Shown: positions 47,577-60,276 of the stretch, piece after piece
Layout of the letters: the number at the start of each line of letters is the position of its first letter
Position numbering within the stretch: the stretch's first letter is position 1
Assembly: GCA_017499595.2 (NCBI GenBank)
Contig: CM039005.1
Span: 2,976,001 to 3,040,000 of the forward strand
From: Psilocybe cubensis
Lineage: Eukaryota
Direction: 5' to 3'
Length of the DNA: 64,000 nucleotides
Notes under the pieces: generated by a model
Database searches by the model: none
What the model saw: the letters and a program-made list of their open reading frames with translations, nothing else
Told to the model about the DNA's origin: nothing
Program-made: the position numbers and the translations under genes

Positions 47577-50500
47577 ATGTCTCTCAGTGGTGAGTGACCG
47601 TGTATCTTGCGCGTTTTACTTTATGAAAGTTTCTATCGATCATTATGAATAATTAAATTTTCAAGTCGACACATCGGTATTTGGAACGGATGTATCTTCT
47701 CCAATATCATCGTCTTTGAGCAGCTTTCCGGATTCATCATACTCAGCAGCGACATCACCATCATCTGTAGAGGATTCACTGTATCCAGCGACGCAAAATG
47801 CACCAGTGCAGTTACCATATCCTTTTTACCCACCTTCCCTCCAACAGGACGTCGAAGAGAAGGAGGTACCCACCAGGATTCCCCGTCCATTGCCTTGTCA
47901 CGTCCAACAAAGTCTCCCGAGTATGCCAACGGAGTCCGCATGCACAACTATCGACTCTCCAGATATGTGGGTACTTGCTCTAAACGTCTTCTACAACGAT
48001 TGACACTTCTTCAGTGGTACACCCGATGCTTGGGTCCCTCGCGACTCTCGCCTTGTCCGGTTGACTGGGAAGCATCCTTTTAATACCGAGGCGAGGCTGA
48101 AGGACCTATATGATCAAGGATTCATCACCCCCAGCAATCTTTTCTTTGTCAGAAATCATGGAGCTGTACCGAGGATTGAGCGCGCTAGAGCGGAGAACTG
48201 GCGGTTAAGGATTCACGGGTACGTCGGCATTCATCGCGTTCACCTATGGATGGAAATGAACTTGAAATTCACTGACGGATATACGGCGCCAAATGAAATG
48301 CTACCAGGCTGTGTGCCAACCCAACGACGTTCATGATCGACGACCTTCGCACCAACTTCCGCGTCGTTACGATGCCAATCACACTCGTGTGTGCGGGGAA
48401 CCGCCGCAAAGAACAGAACGTCGTACAGCAGTCGCTGGGGTTTTCGTGGGGTGCGGCAGGACTGTCAACTGCGCTATTCACTGGCGTATATCTGGCTGAT
48501 GTGCTCCGCTATGTGCACCCTGTTCGAGGGGCCAAACATGTTATCTTTGAAGGTGTGGATGATCTTCCAAATGGACCTTATGGGACGAGGTGAGTCGATA
48601 GTGACGTTGAAGTTTAAATCGAGGGGTCTTATAGTCCACCGCAGCCAGCTCCTTTCATGGGCGTCTGACGTACGACAAGGGATGATGATTGCATGGGCGA
48701 TGAACGGGCTTGCGTGAGTCCTTTTTCAGTGTCCATGGATTAGTCGAGGTTACCCCTCTTATTCATTCATTTGCATATAGCCTAGAGCCAGATCATGGTT
48801 ATCCGCTTCGCCTCGTAGTACCCGGTCAAATTGGGGGGAGGTCCGTGAAATGGTTGAGCCGAATCGAGCTCTCTGCAACGGAGAGCCAGCATCATCTCCA
48901 TTTCCACGATAACAAGGTTCTTCCTATGCCATTGGGTCCGGACCAGGCACGGAAGGAGAAAGACTGGTGGTACGATTCAAGGTGCCTCATTTTTTTACAA
49001 ACTATCTGGAATCCAACTTAAAGGTTGATGTGCTGTAAATAGATATATTATTCGAGACTTGAACGTCAACAGTGCAATAGCCCGGCCTAACCACGACGAA
49101 GTTCTCGATATCACCGTCGCTTCTCATCCCACATACACTGTCAAGGGTTACGCCTACGCGGGAGGCGGACGTCGCGTCACAAGAGTCGAACTCTCTTTGG
49201 ATAACGGATCTTCCTGGGAGCTCGCTCTCATACAGTATCCCGAAGACGCTTATCGCAACGTTAGTTTTACAGCAGACCCGATTTATGGCGACTTCGATAT
49301 GATGGACAGCGATACATGCTTCTGTTGGTGCTTTTGGTCATTTGAGGTTTCGGTGGAGAGGTTCCTAACAAGCGATGCGATGATGGTGCGTGCAATGGAC
49401 GAGTCTTTAGCGCTGCAGCCTCGAGATATGTACTGGAATGCGACTGGTATGATGAACAACTGGTAAGAGGTTGAGTACTGGTCCATATATATCGTCTAAC
49501 TCCGTGAAGGTGGTTTAGGGTGGCGATACATCATACGGAAGGTGGAAAAATACGTTTTGAACATCCGACAAGTACGTTACGATGCTATACATTTATATGA
49601 CATATTTATCTTAATGTCGATAGTGGCTGGTGCGCAACCTGGAGGGTGGATACAACGACTCAAGGATGCTGGACTCGACCCTACCAAGCCTGATTTCTCA
49701 TCCCCTTCAAATTCTTCCTCCTCCCCAGACGCCGTCAAAATAAATCCCCCTGATCAAATACGTATGACCAACCCATCTACAACTCGTAAAATTAGCCAGT
49801 CAGAACTCGAGTCCGATGAAGCCAAGCGGGAAGCTTGGTTTGTAGTTCGCGGAGAGGTAATGTCTTCCGCTACTCATAATCCATAAGGGTATAGGAAAAT
49901 AACTTATGTTTGTACACTACGCCATATCAGGTGTATATTGGAAGCAAGTTCTTCAAAGATCACCCAGGCGGCGCACCATCCATTGAACTCGTTGCGGGAG
50001 AAGATGCCACAGAAGATTTCATGGCTATTCATAGCTCAGATGCACAAAGGCAACTCGCCGATTTCCACATTGGGACCATGATTGAGACATCCCTTGAATC
50101 GGGCCCCTCTTCGATGCCATCTCAAAACTTTTATATCAACGAAAATGATGATGCTACAAAGCCCTTCCTTCAGACAAAGAAATGGAAAAGCGTCAAGCTT
50201 GTAGAGATACGCCCTGTCTCAAGAAATACCAAGATCTTCCGATTTGCACTCAGAGACGAGAATCAGGAACTTGGTCTCGCATTTGGTCAACATCTCTATG
50301 TGAGATTACGCAGGAAAGTTGCTAAACCTCCCGATGGGCAAGAAATCTTTGGTGAGATGGTGCAAAGGGCATATACACCTCTGTTTGAGCGAAATGATAG
50401 AGGGTATGTTGACCTGCTTGTCAAGTAAGTTGCTCGCTGCCCAATCTTTTCTGAAAAATGCAATGGATTTAATGTCATTGTATTCCAGGATATACCACCC

Positions 50501-51122
50501 CACTCCAGAATTTCCGGAAGGGGGGCGTATTACCCTCGGCTTCAACGAGCTTACTGTTGGAGACAGCATTGAGCTGAAGGGTCCCATCGGCAATTTTATT
50601 TGGAAAGGCCGTGGTCGGGCTTTCTTCAACAATGAAGATATTCGTATAGCAGAAATTGGGCTCGTCTGTGCCGGCAGTGGAGTAACACCCATCCTTCAGA
50701 TCATGCGAGCGATTTTAAACGACCCTCAACGTTCCAAGGACGACAAGAATTCGTTGACCAAAGTCTGGGTTTTGGACGTTAATCGCGACTTTGAAGATAT
50801 TCTGTGTAAGAAAGAGATTGACCGTCTGGTGAGAGAAAATCCAGGGATAGCACATGTTCATTACAGCTTGACGGGAAAGGAGGTACCTGATGGATGGGAA
50901 CACTCGATAGGGAGGATCACTGCTGATATGCTGGTGAAACACCTTCCTCGACCCGGCCAGGATAAGGTGGTCTGTTTATGTGGACCCCATAGTATGGAAC
51001 AGACTGTGAAAGGTGTGTTGATTTTATAATATTAATAATACCAACAGAATCGACATGATATGTTTTCAGGCTATCTAAGTGCTATTGGATGGGATGAAGC
51101 AAAAGAGATTGTTCTATTTTGA
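47577..51122 (+). CDS. niaD: Assimilatory NAD(P)H nitrate reductase
   Basis: Moco domain (LTGKHPFNTE, FVRNHGAVP, TLVCAGNRRKEQN, IGGRSVKWL, CFCWCFW, GMMNNW), cytochrome b5 domain (HPGG) and FAD/NAD domain (RAYTP, CAGSGVTP, LCGP). Confidence 0.96.
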
Positions 51123-52167
51123 GCGCCGGTCTAGAGCCGCGATCAATGTTGGAGCTATTCATGGTATGAAACGGTTCAGAGAAACATAAAGGATAGGGAT
51201 GGGTGTCCGGAGGACAGGTGGTAAAGTGGTGTCTTGGAAATTGTATTGGCTTTAGGAAGGTGTGCATACCATCAGAAAGCTTCATTTTCTAACGTTCGCC
51301 GACGAGAAAACTTCATTATTATCTTCTAACTGGAAATGGTTCTTCGCAGATGGTTTGAATCCATGTCAAGTAGGCTTATAGGACCGAAGCCCTGCGCTAA
51401 CTTTGACAACCGAATGACATGCCATCTACTGAATTGACAGCAGATAGATCTACAACTATATTTATAAAAGGTATACTTGTTTATTTACCAGTCCTATATT
51501 CTTCAAGTCATCTGTTGGCAATTTGACTTCGGTGGTCTCAATGCGAAGAGTCCGATGGTTTAATCCTCAATATTCTGACATCCTCGTATAAACCAGGCCT
51601 CATTTACTTAGAAGTCTCACTTGAATCACGCTCATTCAATGCTTTAGATTAATTGAAAATATCGATTGCGTGACACGAGTCATTCTCTTGTGACTTTTCA
51701 AAACTTAATGGACGCAGATCAAGTCTCGGGAACGTCAATCATTGTGATATAGAAGCATTTGGTATAACTGTCTATCATTCACATGTACTCCAATATCCAA
51801 GCGTAGTCTTCATATTTTTTTCTCCATTCATTTCCCCTGAAGAAGAGTTCAACTGACACCCACGATCTCCCAAGCTCTGAATATGAAGTTATGCAAGCTA
51901 TGATTTACAGAGGACAGATCAGTGATATTGTAACTCAACTCATCTTATATGCTATGAAATATTTTATTTTAAGTCACCCTAATCTCCCAAATAGCAATTA
52001 CAGAGTAACAAAGAGAGAAATCTTAAGACTATATATTGTATGGGTGTAGTTGGGGGTGTAAAGCATCGTTTTCCTTCACCAGTTTACTATTCTTTATCCC
52101 CTCCTTGGAACTGGTTTTGTTAATTTTCAACACTCGTACACTCTCATTCAAATACGTACTCATCGAG

Positions 52168-54465
52168 ATGGCTCATTTACCACTATCATCTTGCGTATTG
52201 ATTCTCGCATCACACCTCTTTATATTTGTTAATGCTTCCCCTCCGCCCGTAGTTGACCTGGGCTATGCAACATACCAAGGAGCTGTCGTGCAGGACAAGT
52301 TGACCAACGCCACGCACACACAGTTCTTAGGCATGAGATACGCGGCACCTCCGACAGGTGGGTCACAAACTCTAGGTTGCAAATTGACGGCTGAGATACA
52401 AATTTTCTTTATAGGTTCTGCACGATTCAGAGGACCAATTCCACCTAGTTCCACGCATGGCATTCAAATAGCAGATACAGAACCTCCTGAATGCTTCCAA
52501 GCGAGTCTCGGGAGCTCCCCCACCTCTCCGTTTCTTCCCGTGAGTAATCACAAACCAAGAGCGGCCGACTCTGGACCATCAGAGGATTGTCTCTTTTTAA
52601 AGTAAGTCCACATTTCTGTGCATAGATAAAATCATCGTCTGAGGGGTAGTACACAGTGTCTATGTCCCTGGAAATCTTGGAGAAAAGCGTAACTTGCCCG
52701 TCGTATTTTGGATCCATGGGTACGAACTTTTGTCTCTTCATCGCTCTCAATGCGTCTCACTACTTCGGGGATTCGTTATGAAGAGGTGGTTATGCTCTGG
52801 GAAGCGCATCACTGTACGACGGGAATGATCTCCTCCGAGAGTCGAATGAAGGTGTTATCGCTGTTGTGATACAATACAGGTTGGGTCTATTTGGCTTTTT
52901 GTCAGGCCACAAAGTAAAAGAATCTGGCACTCTGAACGCCGGATTGCGTGAGTTTCAGTATCAGTGTCTCCCTTACACTCATGCTTATATTTTTACGACT
53001 TAGTGGATCAACAGTTTGCTATGAAATGGGTCCAACAGCATGTAAGAATAACCCGTTTCCTTCTTTTGACTTTTCATCTGATTATCTCTAGATTAGTAAA
53101 TTTGGAGGCGATGCTAACAAAGTTACTATATGGGGTGAATCGTCTGGTGCGGGCTCGGTTTTACAACATATTGTAGCCAACGGAGGAAGAACACGCCCAC
53201 CTCTTTTCCGTGCCGCCATTACCAGTTCTACGTACCTGCCATCACAGTACCGTTTTGACGATCAAATTCCGGAGGTATATTTACACATATGATGTTTGTT
53301 CTTAATTAAGCATGGATCTACAGACCTTGTTCAGCGAAACGTTGGCAAAGACTAAGTAGAATCCGAGTCCTATATTATCCCTTTGAAATTGCTAATCATT
53401 GGCTGGTGTAGCTGTTCCTCCGCAATCGATTCATTGGAGTGCCTACGCAAGGTGGATGTCGACACTCTGCAGAACGCCAACACTGAAATATATACCAGTG
53501 GATTCTTTGGGACATTCGCATTTGTCCCTGTAGTCGACGGAAGATTCATTACCAACAGGCCCACAGTCCTCCTGAAGAATGGTCGATTGAATGGGGTGTG
53601 TCTTGAGTTGACATGTTATCTAGAGAGAATTCCTGACAGGCTTTATGTTACTTCAGAAAACTCATCTATCGGTGACCAATACATTCGAAGGAACTCGCTT
53701 TGTTAACCAGACAACAGCAAACACAGTTGAAGTTCCAACATATGTTACTCAGCTTTTCCCACAGCTCACTCCACAACAAGCGAAAATGGTAGCGGATCAA
53801 TACGCGCCGCTTGGTACCCCTATTTTTCAGGTTAACGCCATCATGGGTGAATGTAAGTTTCAAATAACCATATCTTTGCATTAGGCACTAATTATTGATC
53901 TTTGTGTAGCCATCTTCATCTGTCCAACCTATATGCTGCTTCGCGCGTTTGATCAGCGTGGATTTAAGGTGAGGGGGGTGATTCATAGAATCTTCGGTAT
54001 AGTGACTCTATGAGGGCGCCATAGGGAGAGTTTGCTATCCCTCCAGGAAGCCACGGGTTAGATGTATCATTCTATTTCAACAAGTAAGCAAGAGCGATAT
54101 TGATGCCCACTTCCGTTTGATCTCACTAAAATTTCAGTGGTGTCCTTCCCTCCGCGTTCCCCAATCAACAATTTGTGACAGCCTTTGCGGAGAGCTTCCA
54201 AAATTTTGTAGTGTCATTAGACCCCAATGTCAAATCGGACCGGGCTGATATAACTTCCCTATGGAAGCAATGGGGAGGGTCGAATGAAATGCTTTTCAAC
54301 CTGACAGAAACCGGCACCCCTGACATCAGGTCAATTCAAACTTCCCACGACCTTTTGAAGCGCTGCGAGTATGTCAATCCCTTATCTTATCGTTTCTAAA
54401 TTTGTGTGTTCACTGAATTCCCTAATAGCTTCTGGGAATCCATGACAAGCGCTACTTCTCAGTGA
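52168..54465 (+). CDS. Secreted type-B carboxylesterase / lipase
   Basis: Signal peptide plus FLGMRYAAPP, SEDCLFL, WIHG|GGY, QYRLG, FGGD and WGESSGAGS. Confidence 0.92.
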
Positions 54466-54703
54466 TGAGGATTTTGGTATTCTTAGAATAAGGGATTGGG
54501 ATTTCCATTATGAGATTAGGCATTCAAAAAGTTGATATTGACTAGTAGAACTGAAGCGATTTCACAACGATGAAACTCACCCCCTTTATTCAATAGGGTT
54601 AATTGTAATTTTTATCGCAAACTTTATTATTCTTGACTACATAGAGTGGCACATGGTTCTTGTCAAGTTCTCAAGTAACACGGTACCAACATGTGTTGAA
54701 CTC

Positions 54704-55413
54704 TTAAGCAAGAGCAGCAATGGCGTTGTCTCTTGCAACGTCAACCCCGTTGAGCATAATGTTCGCAGCATCCGTCATAACAGGCTGCAGGATTTTTACA
54801 TTGTCAGTTATCATAAAATATTGTTAAATTTACAGACAAAATCACTCACAGGAATTATTGCCATCAATGTTTCGCCGAAATGGACACAGGCCCCATTAGC
54901 GCCGATTAAATCCGAGGAAATGATAGCGGATGCCGAGTCAAGGGATTTAAAGTCAGCGGCTTTGTCCGTGATGCCGTTGAGATAGTCCAAGATGTTAGGG
55001 GTAAGGCTGTTATACGTAGAAAATATTTTGCGGGAATTCTCGTTAGATACTGGTCTCGGAAGAGCCTAAGAAGCACTTATAAGCAGTCTAGTTGTGTTCT
55101 CATATCATGTGTACTTACGTCTAGATTGTCATTAACATTTTGGAAGAGTGTGTCGATGATGGTTAAATCGTCGTGTATTACCTATACATGCAACATTTAA
55201 TAAGCACTTTCGAGAAGTTTCTTGACTTACTTGAACACCCGCCATGCCAGATTGAGGGAAAGCATTAACATCGTCGACGATTTTTGCGTACTGTTGTCCA
55301 AGCTTGGAGAAGTCGCCCATGATGGCCCTCATCGTTGTTGCGGTAGTGCTCGCAATGGAGGACGCCGAGCCAACAGCAGCCAAGCATACGACAATGGAAA
55401 ACGAGAATTTCAT
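54704..55413 (-). CDS. Secreted HsbA-like protein, family 1 copy 3
   Basis: MKFSFSIVVCLAAVGSASSIA...NAIAALA*. Same exon structure as 36..740. Confidence 0.75.
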
Positions 55414-58400
55414 TTCTGTAAGATGTAAAGTTGGACTGATAGAGGCAGTAAACCAATTTATGGCCTACTGTACTTTCGCGCATGAGTCGCCTTTAATACT
55501 CTTGGGTCCGAGGAAGTGTGGGACACGTATCTTCTATATTTGCAATGACGTTTCGAAAAAACGCAGAATAGTCCATGTCACCCATGCTAAAGGGAAATTT
55601 AATGGTTAGGGGCAAGAGTGTTATGAACCTGGATTACAATATACACATCTTCACCGAACGAAATGGCCAGACACTGGGTAAAACAGTCAATCCAAACTTT
55701 TTCCCACTAACACGTTCATCTTGACCATGTGGATAGAGACAGGAAATTGAATTGTGATACAGTTATGTGCAGGCGCATTTAAGAGAGAAGTGAGAGCATG
55801 CAGTTCTTCCTTTGGTTTGCTCCTTCCTTGTGATGCACGTACTGGACTCGAAGCCAGCCTGGTTTTACCCATGTCGAGTGCATTTCTGGAAGGACATGAC
55901 ATTGACACAGGAATCTGAATAGTTCAGAGTACATTGAATAATCATCAGGATCTTCCATAACTTCCGGGGTCTAGGGTTGGAGGGTGTAAATATAAATGCG
56001 TGAGTACAGCTCATTATCATGCTGGAAGTCATTGTTCCTCGGGGTCCATGATATATATTTATCACTATACGGTACCGCCGACAATAATAACTGTTTATCG
56101 TATCTTCTCGGTCAGAATATCCGAGTCTCTGATGCACAGAGCACTTGAGGAACGACAACTTTGGCAGCTTAGGCAAAAGTTAGAGACCAAAACACTGAGA
56201 CGGTCTCCCAGTTAACTCCAAACAAGGAGATTAGTGATCAAGTGTATCTAAGCAGCGATTTGAGAGAAATCTTACCCATCCCGCGCGGTAATGCACCCCG
56301 TTTTGCAAGATTTGATATCGCTCGGCTGACCTATACAAGAATTTTGCGGACTACTTGAAGTTTAGAGCGGGTTCTGGGTAGGAATATTGTATAATAAAAT
56401 GACTTTATGGATTCTCCTCGTTTATCCTCCGAAGTTGAGGTATTCCCTGGCGGCGAAGTTGAAACGTTGGGGTTCAGAAAGTTTACTATGTAAAGGACGC
56501 GATGGACGTGCAAGGGAGGTGTGGTAATGGGATATGGGCGCAATGGGACGTGCGGGAGTAATCCGGAAACGTGTGCGAGTGGCCGGGGGAAGTACATGTG
56601 TTTGTGTGAGGATGAGGGTTCGAGGATCGCGGGAATCATTGACTTCAACAAATTTCACAGCTTGATCAGACGATTCGAGCGTCTGATGCCACAGCGCGTT
56701 CGAAGTTTAGGGAGTGAGAGATCAAAGCGCTGAGACGGTCACAGTCAGCCCGAAAGTCAAAAGATAAACGATCAGGTAAATCAGAGCAGAGATTCGAGAG
56801 AGGAAATACATATTCAGCTCGGTGGCGCAATCCATTCCCCCAGTTTGAACAACGTTGGGCTGACCTGTACATGGATCGCGTGGACCAACTGATGGGTAGA
56901 GCTGAAGCTGGGTAGGCACAACTGTATAAAGAAATAATTTTGCGGATTCTCCTCCAAAGCTGAAGCATTTTCCGGCGGCGATGCTGTAGCTTTCTGCTGG
57001 TGTGCCAGTGGAATCTACTCCTGAACACTCAGTTAACTAACGTCCTGAGCCGGGCGAACAGTCTCATACGTTGTAAACTAAACTCTGAAATCGGTCACAG
57101 AGGCATCATTCTTGAAAACTGGGCGGAAGCGATGTCAGTGGTCGAACTTTGAACCAAAGAAAATGGCAAGAGAATCCGAGTTTGCGACAGGGGCCGGGGG
57201 CAGCCAATGGGCCGGGTCTCCCCGTGCCGTACAATTGAAATCACATGATGTTCAGACGCGTCGCGCGTGTTGTTCAGGGGTACAGCTGTTTCAATTTCAT
57301 TCATGTTTATTGTAAAGGATACATGCGCCTTGCATGGGCCGAGCAATAATATACAATTGGGCGGCACATTTCAGGATCAATGGGCATAAGATCCGATAAG
57401 CGCCCGAACAAAGCAAGTGAATGTGTCATGGAACCGGGTTGAGAGTAGCTTCTCTTCCTCTGTTCTAATTGCGGAGCCTATCTGGTCGAAGAGAGAGCAC
57501 CAATGTGAAACAAATGAGAGCGTTTTGACCACAACATACACAATACATGCGGGATCGAAGAAAGACTAATAATTCTGTAATTTGTTGAACTTTTGTGAAC
57601 ATAAACTCGACTACACAAAGTTAAATATCAGGAAGTTGCGAATAGGGTGCTGCCTAACAGATAAGTGATCAAACTGATAGTAATCATCACCCTGGAACCT
57701 CTGCTTCCCTTTACGACATTTTGATAACTTCAGAGTACATAAACAGACTTCTGGCCGGTTGGTAGATAAACCGGGCAGTAACAAAATTGCTGAAAGTTAC
57801 AAAGATGGTGGGAGATATGAGGATGTAGACCACTTCAGTGCAAGTACTCGTGCTAGGGTCCGCAGAGCAGGATGTCAATTTTTCGTGTACCATAGTACTA
57901 TTTAAAGTTGTTTGCTCCACCTCTGTCGTGATATGCTTCTTTGAAGGAATCTGTAAGCTTACGCTGCGCATTAATTCCCAAATACTACCGCTCAAACCCT
58001 GTTCAGCAGACTTCCCTTCAGCACCGCAAGATGCGGAGGTTTGATATATACCTTAATCCTCACCGAAACGTCTTGACAGTCATCGAAAACGGTGTTCATA
58101 CAAGTTGGCGGATGGCCTGGTTGCTTTTTTATGTCTGGCAACCAATTAGGGCTATAGTTGGCCTATACATATACACAACCGTGTCTACCGATGGGATTAC
58201 TGTGTTTTTAGTACACGCTGGGAATTCTATCGATATGTATATCTTATTCGGCATCTCTCGGCAAGATTTTTAACATCACACCCAAGTTCTCAGAGCTTTG
58301 AGATTATGACTTCAACAACGCATTGGTTTGTCGTATTCCTAACATAGTGATACGTTAGCTCAATAGCTGGTGGAAAGAAATCGAGGGGAACTTGGGAGAA

Positions 58401-58792
58401 AGAAAATATTAAACAGTATCAATGGTTCCACTCCTTGTTCATGGTCAGTACATTTGCCATAGTAGTTGTGCCTTGTCGATAGTAAGTATCCAGAATTTTT
58501 TGCGTATGGCTCACAAACTTTAAAAGTGCCTTCCGTGACTCGGAGTATGCAGAAACCGGACAGATTCTATCTCAGAACGGGATAATAAAGTCAGCAGGAT
58601 TACCTACCATCATACTGCGCGACACACCAAGGTTACAATTAAAGTAATCGAAAAACATATATAAGGCTCGATGTGCTGTGAATACTCTCTCAGCTCATCG
58701 AGTTACTTCAGTACACAGTCAGTAGAACCACCTCAACCTCGCTTCTTTTTGCGTACTCTAACGTCTGACATATTTCAGATCGTTTCTTTACA

Positions 58793-59166
58793 ATGAAGCT
58801 CATCAACGCATTCTCCATCCTTGCTTCGGCATCCGTCGCAATGAGTGCAACAGTCACGGGCTTTGCTGGAGCAGATTGCACCGGTGCTATCGTTGCTACA
58901 GGCAGCGGCGGGTCTGGTGTTTGCCTGACTCTGGGCGCGTCCTCTGTGAAGTCAATCAGCTACTCTGGAGTGCCACACTCAATCCAATTCTTCGTCTCCG
59001 GTGGAGGGCACGACAACTGCACCAATGGTTCCCAACTCACTCTTGGAGCTGGATCGGGATGCGGAACCGCACCTGCTGGGTGAGATATATGACTGATTCT
59101 CTCTGAAATGTATGTTTGCTGATATATGCTTGCAGATTTAACTGGGAAAGTGTTGCCATTTCATAA
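58793..59166 (+). CDS. Small secreted Gly/Ser-rich protein with 4 Cys; 2 exons
   Basis: MKLINAFSILASASVAMSA signal peptide, ...ADCTG...VCLT...DNCTNG...SGCGTAPAG|FNWESVAIS*. A tatataa motif lies at ~58658. Confidence 0.8.
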
Positions 59167-59337
59167 GCAATAGGAAATGAAATATCGCTCTGGAAATGGG
59201 AGATAAAAAACACTAAGCATACCACTCCAAAGTAAACAGAAATAACGTAAAAATCACATATCATGTTGAAATATTGTGTCTGATTGTCGCAGGAAAGCTT
59301 GAACACTGAAAAAATATACGATATGGAAATATTAATA

Positions 59338-59854
59338 CAGGCCCCGGGAAGCTCCCCAGTAAAGTGTCCCAACTTTCGTGGATTTGTAACCAAAAATTGC
59401 ATTTTTTTATTCAGTTCTGTCGGATTTGAGAGCCCTGAAAAGTGAGTATTTCGCCGGGAATTGCATATTTGAAAAGATTTGAGCCCAAAATTATTCACGG
59501 CGGGCAGCCAGATGATGCATACTGAGGTCTAATTTGGGCCATCTAAAAACACATCAAATGTGGCACCTGGCAGTTGCCTCCGTAGATACATACCATACAC
59601 CTGGCAACTGCCACGGTATGAAGGTTTCAATGGGCCACTAGAGGTAGTTTAGGGATGCGAAAAGAGTTGTAAATTCGTAAATTAGGACCTTGGAAAGGCT
59701 TGTATAAGTCATTCTTAACCAAGAAGTCCAGTTTGTTTCAGTGTTGGGCAGCTGCGAGGAACAACCGCGGATTTAGATGCAAATTCCTGTAGATTCAAGA
59801 CCCAAAATTTGGGTTTAGCCCCGACACGCTATTGAGAAAGCTTCCCGGGTCCTA
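59338..59854. mobile_element. Possible degenerate MITE
   Basis: Imperfect terminal inverted repeats caggccccgggaagctccccagtaaagtgtc and gacacgctattgagaaagcttcccgggtccta. Noncoding interior. No clear target-site duplication. Confidence 0.45.
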
Positions 59855-60276
59855 TTTATACGCGCATCGCATTAAACCATTAGTCACATTGCTAGATGGC
59901 CACCGGACAGTTGAGCGCTAAATGCTGATCGAGGCGGTTTAGAACTCTTCCGCAGCAAGAAATGTCTATCCAGTCTCCCTGGCGCAAGTGGCTATGCAGA
60001 GGAGAAGGAGGCAGTGTTAACTAACAGCGTCGGATGAGGTCATGTACAGGGTTTTTCACCACTACGTTTTGGGTGATGATCTGCAAATGTATTACACCTC
60101 GTATAATACACCTCGTACAATATGTTAGGTTTTTGCATAGTTTAACTTCGAGCTTCAGCTTCAGGCCCAAAAGTAATTGATCGTGACATGAAGCCGTGGC
60201 TGTGCATGGTTAGGGTGGGATTCGTAAACCTAGCCGAACCTTCGGAAGTTGTAATCTCCTGAACACGCTCGCCAGC

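Noticed and set aside
55690-58270. Cluster of overlapping short ORFs, possible pseudogene
   Set aside because: Stops in all frames and no recognisable domain.
60093-60121. Direct 14-mer repeat tacacctcgtataa / tacacctcgtacaa
   Set aside because: Only two copies. Likely a local slippage duplication with no evidence of function.
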